A stretch of 64,000 nt of DNA, taken from positions 1,302,001 to 1,366,000 of the forward strand of contig NW_026515671.1 of the NCBI RefSeq assembly GCF_025526975.1. The letters are read 5' to 3'. The translations under genes and the position numbers were made by a program. Positions 38,231 to 49,279 of the stretch are shown piece by piece. Source of the DNA: Fimicolochytrium jonesii (lineage: Eukaryota). Each line of letters opens with the position of its first letter. Within the stretch, counting starts at the first letter, position 1. The notes beneath the pieces were generated by a model. That model did no database searches, was not told the DNA's origin, and saw nothing but the letters and a program-made list of their open reading frames with translations.

Positions 38231-40007
38231 CGTTCACGGTTTGATCTCGACAAGTCGGTGGGGTGAACAGGAGGTAGCTGCCAAGTCGGAAGTGTGGTGT
38301 AAGATATAGGCGCGCTGGTCGACGAGTCGGATGTAGAATGTTGCGAAGAGCAAGCAACCCAAGCGTTGGCCGGTGGTGGTGGGCGGGCGGATGAGGCTTT
38401 TTGCGGGTGTGGAGTGAGCGGGGAATTCCGTTGGAGCGTGGGGGTATTTATACGAGTGTAATAGTATGGGGAGTCGACCAAAAAAAAAGGGGAACAGGGA
38501 AGAGAGCGAGTGACGTCTGCGATTATTCCAAGGAGCTCATCATCATCATCATCCATCAGTCGGCCGGTCCCTTCAACCTTGCATGGATGCCATTTTGCAG
38601 CATGTAGCAGGTTGGGGCCAAGAGCGAGGGGGCCAGCAGCCAGATCATTCCGCAGCGAGAACAAGAACGAGCCAAGTGCTTGTTCCAATCCGGCGACCGT
38701 CTCCCTCTCACAGTCTCACCCTGCCATACAATCAGACAATGACCCCACATGGACCGCGTTCTTGGCCGCGCACCTCCGAGCATTCGCGCATGATGTCATT
38801 CCCGCACCTTTCCATGGCTGCGTGAGGGGTCGTTGAGTCACTTGCGTGTCACTGCACGGTTGGCGCCCAAGAGTGGCGCACCCCCCGTCCTAGTGTGATG
38901 TCATGCCTCCATGACGCGCATGTTCTCGCTCTGCAAAGCCACGCGCTCCAATTGGAATGTTCTTGTTGGCGCGTACACCAATAGATTTTACATAACCCAC
39001 TCCGCTCCGGCCACTGTCAATCGCACCACCATCCAATGGCAGGCAACCCATGGGCTCTCACATAGCTTGGCATCACGCTCGCATTCATGATTCATTGGCA
39101 AGGAAATAAGCGTATCGCGACTAACCTCCCTGTTCACGAATGTGGGGTCGTTCCAACACATGCATTTGACTCACGCCAAGAGACGTTGAACTGAAGAAGC
39201 CCAAGAAAAAAACGTCCAGCGCTTGGCGATATTCATCTACGGCTATCAGCATAACAATAGCCAAGTCAGCAGGCAACGGGATGGGTCAAGGACAGGTGGG
39301 CTGAACCCTGGGCGCTAGATTTTGGGGGGAAAACGCTGATGGGATGACGATGCCGATGGATGCAGACTGGCGAGGCTCATTTTCTCGCGTCGTGATGCCA
39401 GGCACAAGAGTGTCCAGTCGAGCCGGCGATGACCACAGGTGTCCGCAACGGAATTTGAAGGGCCATAGTGTGGAATTCCACGCCTGGGCAAGCTCACTTC
39501 TCAATGGATGCCCACACACACACAAAGGCCACTCCATGACATGACTCAAACGAAAACGCCATTTTATTTTTACTCCCGTCAACAACGAACTATACATCGC
39601 AAAGACGAACCGGAAAAAGGAAGAGCACCCAAAAAGTAAAAGGTCCAAAAAGAGAAGAAAAAAAGACACCGCCACCAGACCGCACTCACGCAAATCGAAC
39701 CCCCACACCCAGACCGCCAAAAGCCAGAGAGAAAAAAAAGAGATACCACCGCACCCTCGTGACAGCACCGCAGCCAAAACGAAAAGGAAATACGTGGGGG
39801 GTGGGTATACGCAGATTCCGAGAGGAGGACGGGGGTCATGTAACCGTGAGGGGTGTTCGCGCACGGAGGGAAATCTCTATGCCCCGAAGGACGGGTTTGT
39901 TTGGGTTGCGCGGGATGGTGTGCGGGGTATTGCTTAATTCAAGGGGACGCCGCTTGTAGTGGGATTTAGTCGTCCTCGTATCTATCAAATGGAGGCATTG
40001 AGTGAGT

Positions 40008-42345
40008 TTAATGAGAAACCAGGGCGCCAAAGGCGCGAAAGTAAGGAAATACGCACCGATTCATCCTACTAAACAAAGAATGCGCCGCCGAGTTCGGCCG
40101 TCCCGCACCAGTGAAATCCACTCCAAACTCAAACCCAAACAAGCCATCATCGTCCCCAGCGCGCTTGTGGCGGCGTTGATGTTGGCTGCCAGTCGCATCC
40201 GCACTGAGCGCCGCACCAGGGAGAGACGCGTCGGGACCGATGGTTTTACCAGTGGGGACACCTGCGGAATGCGGGACGGTGTAGGGCAGGTTCAGGGCCC
40301 CGTTCGCAAAGTATGACGACGCGGACGCGATCAAGGCGGCTGACGCCGCTGGAGTGGTGGCCATACTCGCCGGGATAGCGATCGGAGGCGGGCGGTGAGC
40401 ACGCACGGCCGGGCTATGACTGCCCCGTACGCCGCCACCGCCATGACGTTCCTGATTCTGGTACTGATTCTGGCTGTTCTGGGCATAGGTGTGTTCGGTG
40501 GGCGGGTTGTTGCTCTCGTGGTCGGTGCTGCGGGACGACGGCGGGCTGAGGCTGCGGTCGCGGTCGAAATCGGGGTCGGGGATGGCGGAGGAGCGGCGAG
40601 AGGACGAGCTGGCGCGCGTGTTGCTCGTGCGCGTGGTTTCGCGGTCGCTCAGGCTGGCGTGCCGGGAGATTGGGCGGGGCCGGGAGATGGTCGAGTCGCG
40701 GTCGGAGTACGCGGTTGCGATGGAGGTTTGACTGCCGCCTTTGTCCATGGAGGAGAAGTCTGGTTTCGTGATCGGGAAGCTGTCGTGAAGGCCGCTTAGG
40801 GACGACGAGAGGATCCTTGACCCTTGGCGAGACACGTCACCCATGATGGTCTCTTGGGAAGCATGCGATGAAAGTCCAGGAAGCGGGTGGGCTTCGGTGT
40901 CTGCAGCAGCAAAATAAGCTTGCATGGCGGAAATCTTTTCCTCGTCGTATGCAGGAGGAACATGTGCCTGAGTTTCGAAAGGGTTGGCCGATCTGGTGCT
41001 GTGAGGGATTATGAGAAGGTTAATGATGTGGACAGCTGTGCTAGCCAGCGAACATTCGCGACCAGTCTTCCATCATCAACGCACCTGTCCCTGTAGAACT
41101 GATCCCGCTCTTCACGCTCACGAGCACGGTCAATAAGCGCCGACGCCGTCGGTCTGTTCGACTTTGCCGTCAAGAGGGCTTTCATCGGCACCGGCTCGAC
41201 TTTGATGTTCGTCTCGAGCTCCAGACGCTGGGTCTCCTTTTTGACTTCGGCCTCAGTATCCTTTTCTAGTTTGATCTTCACCTCTGCTTCCGGTTGTGCG
41301 GCTGGTAGCTCGCTGGCAGCGCGGCTGCTGTGGCCAGGGATACCAGGCGGGTCTGGAGTACGGCGCCACATGAGGAGCGGGTCAAAGATGATTTCCGGTT
41401 GAGGTCCCCAGCCCTTCCCTTCCTGATTTAATCAATATTCGAAACCGAGGTAAGCATCTCCGCGTCATCGCTTCAGGAGACTTTTTCAGTGGGAAAATAT
41501 ACCTTGAAAGCCGCAGCATCTTTTCCATTCAATCCATCCTCAGCGAGATCCCACCGCATCTTGTACTCGTCAAAACCACGAACGTCGGGGTCTGGGAGAA
41601 AATCCGCGGCTCCCTGACCGAATCCTGCCCTTGGCCTCGACTCACTGCTGTTACTGCCGGCCAAACTGCCCATGCTGCTCCCCATATTCAGCAGGTTGCT
41701 GCTGCTGGTATTGTTCGGCCGGTCGTTCCAGTTGGATTCTTTCATCTGCCCTGGCTTATCCATCCCTTGCGCGTAGCTGTTTCCCACGGCAGGGTATCCA
41801 CTGCGCATGCCGGTATTCAAACGGGACGTGCCGGCGGGGTATCCTCTCCCGCCGTTAGCACCCATCATGCCAACGCCGCCCATACCCATACCGTTCATCC
41901 CCATTGCACCAACGCCCATACCCCCCATGCCAACATCGTCATAAGCGCCCCTGCCCATATATCTATCCGCGCCAAACCCCATTCCGCCGCCATTCCCCAG
42001 CCCCGCAGGTGGATACGCCATCATATTCATCCCCATCCCCATGCCCATCGCCGCAGCCGGGTTTGAATAACCCCCCACCCCTCCGCCGTTCGGATATCCC
42101 ATTCCATAACCCGCAGCTCCGCCCATCCCGCCCATACGATACGGCATTTGGGCGGACGATTGCCCGCCGGCCAGGCCCATGTGGGGCCCTCCTCCCCACC
42201 CTCCACGTCCGGTGGCTCCCATGGCGGCTGCTGCGGCCGCGGCTGCTACGGAGTTGGTGTATTGGTTGAGGAACTCCGGCTCGTCGTACATGCCGTAGGG
42301 GTCAGGGAACACCGACCCGCTGCGCCTGTTCCCGCGCATCATCAT
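40008..42345 (-). CDS. Hypothetical low-complexity protein(s): Gly/Met-rich segment plus Ser/Arg-rich segment; exon structure and gene count uncertain
   Basis: Long minus-strand ORFs 41473-42345, 41009-41371 and 40008-40925 separated by intron-like gaps. Confidence 0.5.
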
Positions 42346-43611
42346 TTGATCGTCGTAGAATCGGTTCTATTTTTCGTTTTGGTGAGACGGATTGCAGAGA
42401 GTATGGGCGTCAGACAGTTGCAAACGAGAGACGGCGAACATAGTATGGGCTTACCATTGGACGGAGTACACCTGCTTCAAGGACAGTGTCCAATGGGTTG
42501 CTTCGTGTTTTACTGCTGAACACCTGGAGGTGTAACTCTCGGCGAAAGCTCTTCAGCTGAGAGCAAGTTTTCTTCTACGTCCGGCAAGGGGGCACAGCAT
42601 GGGAGAGTGGGTGGCAATAAGTTATATGCAGTATGATAACAGTGTGGGTTTTGGCTGCCGGGGGTGGTTGCGAGTTCGCAGTGAGCCGGTCCCGTCAAGA
42701 AGGCCAGCGGGACAGGCAAACGGCGCGAAGGTTTCTGTCAACACGTAAGCGGGTTGGCCTTCGAACGACCCCTTGAGACCCCGCAATCACGGGAACGGGC
42801 TTGCCTCGGCTAACAAGGACATGTAAAGGTAACCGGCAGCGGAGTCATAATCGCATCGTCTACGCTTTCTACATGCTCGCTCCCTAGAATATGTATTGTC
42901 CCAAGAAGGACTTTGGGGTGCTACCATGTCAAGGGAATTTTCCTGATTGCTCGGAATACAGTCACAGAAAGAGAAAAGTGTTTTTGAGAGACATGGGCTA
43001 CTCCAAGATCAACAAATTTTTTTCTTCACTTCAATACACTGTTTTCAGCCCTCTCGGAAGGGTCCATTATCGTCCAAGTTTCCTCTGACGTTACATGCTC
43101 CTGCTTCTGCTGCGGCGTGTCATCCGCGAGTGCTTGCTTTTGGCAGGCGTCTTACGACTCCGGGCTTTGCTGCAGGTACGGCTTTTGCTCCGACTACGGA
43201 TCCGGCGGCTACGGGCCGTTTGCCTCCCTCCACCATAGTAGATGATATTGTTGACGTTCGGCGACTTTCTCCACAACTCGTTGTGGTTGCGCCAAACGTC
43301 ATTGGGGATACACCCGACGCCTCTCCACCAGACGTGGCCTTTGTCACAATACGGCTCGCGTTCGCGGGCCGGTGTGATACCCAAGGCGTGGTGCCGCCTG
43401 TCTGTTTCGTCCCTGTTCACTCGCAGGATGGAGGTCAAGCGTTGAAGGTGAGCCATTTTATCATGGTCTTCCATGTAAGTGGCAAGCAAGGACTCGGTCC
43501 GTGTGGCCTGTCTTTACTTTTCTGCCTCATAATACAAGTTCCAGGGTTTGTATCGTTCCTCGGGCATTGGCAGGACCCGAGTGGCGGCGGGTGGCGGGGG
43601 AGGTAGGTTGT

Positions 43612-43766
43612 TCGCTTGCTGTTGACGCAAGTCCAAGGCCCCTTCATAGCTTGAGCGGTGACGGGTGGCCGGGGAGAGTTCCTGCTGTTGCTATTGCTCG
43701 CTAGCTGTTGACGCAACGTCCAAGGCCCCTTAATAACTTGAGCGGTGACGGGTGCCGGGGGAGGGT
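43612..43766. repeat. Two-copy ~86-bp tandem duplication
   Basis: TCGCT(T/A)GCTGTTGACGCAA(C)GTCCAAGGCCCCTT(C/A)ATA(G/A)CTTGAGCGGTGACGGGTG at ~43612 and ~43698. Confidence 0.9.
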
Positions 43767-43980
43767 CCCCGCCTCCAATGAACCCCATCAACTGTTGCAA
43801 CATGTCCTCTTCTTGCTTCATAGATATCTAAAATGTTTCTTAACTCTTCAGGCTCGGGGCAAATGGCCGTCACCGAGACCCAACCATCCGAGTCTCTGCC
43901 GCTCCCTCTCTGATCGCTCAATTGTAACCGGCCGCCGATTTCTCCCCTTCTTGTTCGCTTCAGGAAGTTCGAGTATAGCG

Positions 43981-44809
43981 CTAGTTGCGGTTGTCCCCAC
44001 CACCCACTGGTCCAATAGGAAAAGGTAAGTGAGGCGCGGAAGACCTATAGAGCAACCTGTCGCTCTTCTCCATCTCCCGAATCTGAGCCAGTTTGTTCAG
44101 GTAATAGATTGCGGTCTTCTTGTTCTCCTCCTCCCATTGTTTCCCAGCCTGTCGCGAGTTGCTCGGCGCTTCGAATTCAGACTCCAACAAGGCGGTAGCC
44201 ACAGCCAGAGTCATTCGATTTCCCTCTATGTCTTCAGCCGGGTGAACGTCGGAACTCGCAACTTTCAGAAGCTGCATCGTCTCGGCGAAAGTGCGTTGTG
44301 ACAGCTGAGCATCCGGAAACCACTCCTTGCAGATCCTATCAGCCCTTTTCCCTATCATGTGTCCGAGCTATCTCACGGGCTTGCCCGATAGACATCTCCA
44401 GAATGTCATCTTCTTCCCAGTAGGAAGTGGTATCTACCGCCAGAAAGGCCCGCTTCAATTCGTACTCTATGTTGATGGCGATCGTCCTTCGGATTGAGCT
44501 TTCGTGGGTGTCGGTAACGAGACGGGCTACTTGTTGAATCAACTTCCCGGTCTTGATAGCGAGATCGTCCACGGCGGCCTGAATCGTGCCCACAGACGAT
44601 TCAAGATGCTCTGTGAACGTGAGGACAAGCTCGACCTGATCCTGAAGCTGCCGGATACGACTCGTTGTCACGGCATCGCGCAGTTGCTGACGTTTCTGAC
44701 GGAGGTCGTTGAGCTCGCCCGCATGCGCCACCTTCTGCTCGACGACCATTTTCCTGCAGAGCTGCAGCTCATGGAGCTGGGTGAGAAGTTGAGCTCTGCG
44801 TGCTTCCAT
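43981..44809 (-). pseudogene. Coiled-coil hypothetical protein, frameshifted near 44340-44360 (pseudogene or unresolved intron)
   Basis: ORF 44809-44339 (heptad-rich) continues in another frame as 44358-43981 (ICKEWFPDAQLS..KKTAIYYLNKLAQ). The obvious GT..AG candidate does not restore the frame. Confidence 0.45.
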
Positions 44810-45214
44810 GTTGAATGTCGTTCCTATACCACAGGCACAGTAGCAACCACAGGCACATACGTTAGCGCTGGACTCGTGACGTTAGCGCGGGCGTGGGTGC
44901 TAACGCGTGTGAAGCCACGTTAGCGCAGGACGAATGCCACTCACCATGCCTACAGCCTTCACGCTCGGCCTTGACGCGCGGCCTAAAAGGAGCCCTCCTT
45001 CCCAACCACCTTCCCTCCCAACGCAATTGTGAGCAGTAGGCCTCCCCGCTTTCACCTTCAGCCGCCACCAGGTAGCAGCCGCAATTCCTCACCGCTCTCA
45101 GCCTCATTACCACAGCACTGACGTGAGCTCTTTGACACACAGCCATCGCGGCAATCACCTGCAGCACCTCATCTCTAGCACGCACAGCACAGCACAGGCA
45201 CAGCACAGCCAATC

Positions 45215-48116
45215 ATGTCGCTCCAGGGGCACCTGTGGTGTGGCTTCTTTACCGGAGCCACCACACCACGGCGGAAGAGGAGGAAGGTTACTCCGGCTAC
45301 CCCGCGGCTGCCCATAAATCTGCCAGCCGCTGTGCAGACACCATTGCAACAACCCCCGCGATTCGAGTTCCCACCGTCTGTCCAACGCCACTTGCCCCAA
45401 GCAATTGCAGACATGGTTAGCGAGAGTTCCGGCGAGAGTTCCGGCGATGAAGACGGGCAGCAGCAGCAGCAACAGCAGCAAGGGCTTTCACCCGTGGACA
45501 GGGGCCTGCAGCGTCCGTTGAACCTCCCCGCTCCCATCCCGTTCCTTTTTCCCAGCACACCGGGTGGACCCCTGGTGTATGAACCCCCGCCACCACCACC
45601 CCCTCAACGACCCCGCTCGCAAACACACGCCAGCACCAAGGTTTCGCTTCACCGAATCATCCATAATCAAGCTCAAAGGGAGCAAAGGGAGCACCTGACA
45701 GCATTCATCGGCAATGTTCACATCCTTGCGCGCCACACCACCTTCTTTCTCAAGTACTACCTTGGTGAGTTTTTGGGGTACACTGCACTGTATATTTCCC
45801 ATGAAACAATGCCCTGACCGCAATGCCCGCCACAGCTGACCGTCCTCTACACGATTTCCCGGACATCACCGACAGGCACATCGGTGTGATGTTTGAGCTG
45901 CTCAACAATCCAGGCTACAATGGCAATCCGGTCATCGCGCAAGAGTTGCGTCCACGGGTTCAAGACTACTGTGATGTTCACGGATTCGCCCCCATCCGCA
46001 TGCGAAATTGCCAACAGACCGCAGCGTACACGGCTACGAGCATCTTCACAAACCTCAAAGTCAACGTACAAGAGCATTTCATTCAAATGCTTCTGCGCTA
46101 CGTCAATGAAAGGCTTGGTTTGAAACAAGTCGTACTGCATCTCCGTAGAGCCGGAGTCAACCGAGCGCAGCGGAGACGGTATTATCAGCGGTTCCGTCAA
46201 TTTACAAAATACGCGACGTTTGAGGAGTTTCCAACCGAAGAGGAGTTTGCCCGGCTCACACGACTTGAGCGGACTGTCCTCGACGAGCTATGGGCTCTGT
46301 TTCCTCCCCAGGATGAGCCGCTTGCGTACAGCCTTGCGGTGGACGCAATGCCATATTTAGGTGAGTTAGTATATTTCCGCCCCCCCCCCCCCCCCGCTTC
46401 CTCTTTTGTCTAATCATGGTCCGCACCTGCCTCGCCTCATCACAGGTGCCTATTGTGAGCTCTCACGCCTCTATGAGCGCCGTGGAATGCGGCTGTTTTC
46501 GGCTATCCCGCTGCGCAAATCTCGAATCCAGTCATCTGTTCGGATCGACACGCTGATCCTAGGCACTCATATCCTGGGCTTGAGCCGAAGTCGCATGGGG
46601 AAATTCACCGATGAACGCAAGCGGGAGCTGTGGGGGCAGTTTATCAACGTGAATGTAAGTCTCTATCCCTCTGCGCTTATTTCACTCACCTCACGTCGCT
46701 GAATGACGGATTGCAGGACAAGGTCTTCAAGCATCGAAAGAAGCTTGGTCTTAAATTTGATGGATCAATCAGCACAAACGGGTATTCCGCTACCATCCAC
46801 TTCAAGAAGCCAGGGCTCAAGTATGGGCATTGGGCCCGGAAGCGCAGCAAGGCCCAAATGCGGGAAGAAGTCAAGCAGCTGTATTTTCAGCACCACATCG
46901 CCGAACTACGGGAGGCTCCAAACATCGTCAGCATTGATCCGGGCAAGCGTGACCTCTTGTTCTGTCGAGACATCAAGAAGGAGCGGCCATTTAGGTACGT
47001 TTCAGTTGATTACTACTGCCCTGCTGTCCCCGCTACCCCCCCCCCCACCCCCGTCTCCGCCCGCCAGCCCCCCGTCTCCACCCGCCAGCCCCCCGTCTCC
47101 ACCCGCCAGCCCCCCGTCTCCACCCGCCAGCCCCCCGTCTCCACCCGCCAGCCCCCCGTCTCCACCCGCCAGCCCCCCGTCTCCGCCCGCCAGCCCCCCG
47201 TCTCCGCCATCCCCGTTGCGGCGACATTCCGTTGCAGCGTCCTCACAATTCACCACCCCATATCAGATACACATCCAATCAACGGGCGGTCGAGACAAAG
47301 TCTCGGTACTTTCAAAGAGACATGAGAGAGCGAAAGATCAATGCCGGCATCGCTGAGATGGAATCACATATTCCATCGCACAAGAGCATGAACATCGAGG
47401 CGTTCTCAGCGTTCATTGTGGATCACGTACATGCGGGTATGATGTATCATGCATTGTCTTCAAATTTGGTAACACGTGGGCTGACATCTATATCCCAGAT
47501 CCCGCCCTGGATGAGTTTTACCAGGATGAGATTCACGTCGCTCGCAGATTCAAGGTGTTCTCACTGCGGCAAAAGTCTGAGAGCAAGCTCATCAAAAACA
47601 TGCGACGCCTGTATGGAAAGCATTTTTCGGTCATCTTGGGTGATTGGAGTGACGCTGGAAAAACCATGCGCTTTCAGGAGTCATCAAAGACCAAAGGGTG
47701 AGTGACCATCATTGTTTTTTATGTATCATTATGCTAACTCATCATGGAACAGATTCCGCACACTCTTTGCGAGAAACGGCATTCCATGCTACTTGCTGGA
47801 TGAGTATCGAACGTCGTCCGTGTGCCCACACTGCCACGGGCGTGTGAGGAAAAACATCCAACGCCGGCTGTCACCTCGGCCGTGGCAAGCTCGAAAGGGA
47901 AGAATGGAATTCGTCCATGGATTGGTGGGTTGCCCCAACCCCGAATGTATCAACCAAGACTGGACGCCATTTGAGATTCCTGGAAGACGACCACTACGAC
48001 TACGGATGAAAGTGCACAATCGGGACGTCCTAAGCACCAAGAATTTCGTCTCGATTGTGCGCTCGGTGGTGTTTGGCGATGGCCGCAGACCAGACGCATT
48101 CTCCCGTAACCGGTAG
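45215..48116 (+). CDS. Fanzor1-type (eukaryotic TnpB homolog) RNA-guided RuvC endonuclease, 7 exons, ~764 aa
   Basis: Exons 45215-45764, 45836-46360, 46446-46654, 46717-46994, 47267-47436, 47499-47697, 47753-48116 (2295 nt, all GT-AG, frame-consistent). Motifs: FDGSISTNG, RuvC-I IVSIDPGKRDLL, RYTSNQR, VILGDWS, RuvC-II LLDEYRTSSVCPHC, zinc finger ..HGLVGCPNPEC, RuvC-III HNRDVLSTKNF, C-terminal RPDAFSR. Confidence 0.92.
47048..47208. repeat. 21-bp minisatellite (7 full + 1 partial copies) inside Fanzor intron 4
   Basis: CCCCCGTCTCC(A/G)CCCGCCAGC repeated at a 21-nt period; the intron is 46995-47266. Confidence 0.97.
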
Positions 48117-48145
48117 TCTAGAATTTTCACCCCATTCCATTTTCC

Positions 48146-48352
48146 GTGGTGGTTATCTGCCATCCACATCATTGTACCTCTGCCTGAGGCGTCGCCGATG
48201 ATGGCAACTTGTATTCCTTCATCGTACAACGTACAACGAAGTCTTCTTTACATATGGCTTGACACTTGGAGTGCAGCCTCCACGGTAAGACGCGCACGGA
48301 CACCCATCATCAGTGTGCCAAGGCCATAGGTGACACTTCGACAAATGCACAG
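48146..48352 (+). ncRNA. Candidate Fanzor omegaRNA (scaffold plus putative 3' guide); ends uncertain
   Basis: Directly downstream of the Fanzor stop. Stems: CATCATTG/CGATGATG (48167-74/48196-203), TATGGCTTGACACT/AGTGTGCCAAGGCCATA (48253-66/48312-28), TGGAG/CTCCA (48267-71/48278-82); possible pseudoknot CACC (48301-04)/GGTG (48329-32). Confidence 0.5.
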
Positions 48353-49279
48353 GACCCTGGCGCGGGGCGGGGGCGGCCCGGCGGCGGAACTGGCGGCGCT
48401 GGAGGGATCTGCGTGTCTGAAGTTTTGTGCAGACATGGCATGCCGTTTTGCATATGGCTGCAGTACCGCTGCCAGGAGACTCGAGATGATATCGTATGAG
48501 AAAGTTCAGTCTGGCTTCATGACACATGTGCAGTCTGGCCTGTGGACACTCAGATTTCCGTAGTCCGTGCAAATGGTGCGGCCAGTGAAGGTCGCAAAGG
48601 ACTGTTGTGTGTTTTGTGTGTGTGTCCACGTCATGACGGCCCCCTGTCGATCGGTCACACCATTGTTGCCGCCTCCACAATTCTGGGAGGTTTTGCGAGA
48701 GACTGCGCCTGCCGGGAGCGTCTGTCCCAAAGAGAGGGTCAAGCTGGAAATCCTTCCTCCTGCGAGTCTTTCCGGCTGTGTTCCATGGATCCTGGGCCGG
48801 TTGTCTTCTGCCAGAAGAGAGCCTTCACGACAAAAGCGCGGCGAGCAAGCCCTGTCTGTCCGCCTCTCTCGTCGCCACTTTCCCTCCCGCCCCGCCTCGC
48901 CCGCTTTCGCTTCACACTTCCTCACTTTGAGTCTCAGCCAACTCTCGTTCGGAGGTCACAGAACTGCCGCTGTTGCTTTCCTTTCACACCTCCCACCTTG
49001 CGAAAGCGCACCGCGTCACTAGCCGTCACAACTCGCTAGTGCCGTCTTGTCGGGCCCAAAGTTATACCGCAAATACTAGTCTGCGACCAAGATCCCTTCC
49101 GCCAGCATCCGAGAGCCACCCTTCAAACCCGCGGCCACTACCCTTACATAGTCAAGCCCTTCCAAGCCCTGTCGTGGAGAGTCGAGATCAACTTACATAT
49201 ACAGTACGGCTTCCGCAGACGACAAGGCGCGTCAGTCCAATCACCATAGACCGCAATACCATTGGAACACCCAGCGACA

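Noticed and set aside
46703..47356. Pro-rich (SPPA) and Gly-rich antisense ORFs resembling extensin/collagen
   Set aside because: They derive from the minisatellite inside Fanzor intron 4; splicing it out restores the conserved R-Y-T-x-x-Q-R motif.
42700..48700. Terminal inverted repeats, target-site duplication or transposase for the Fanzor element
   Set aside because: No convincing inverted match between the left and right flanks by eye, and no DDE, HUH or recombinase ORF in the window.
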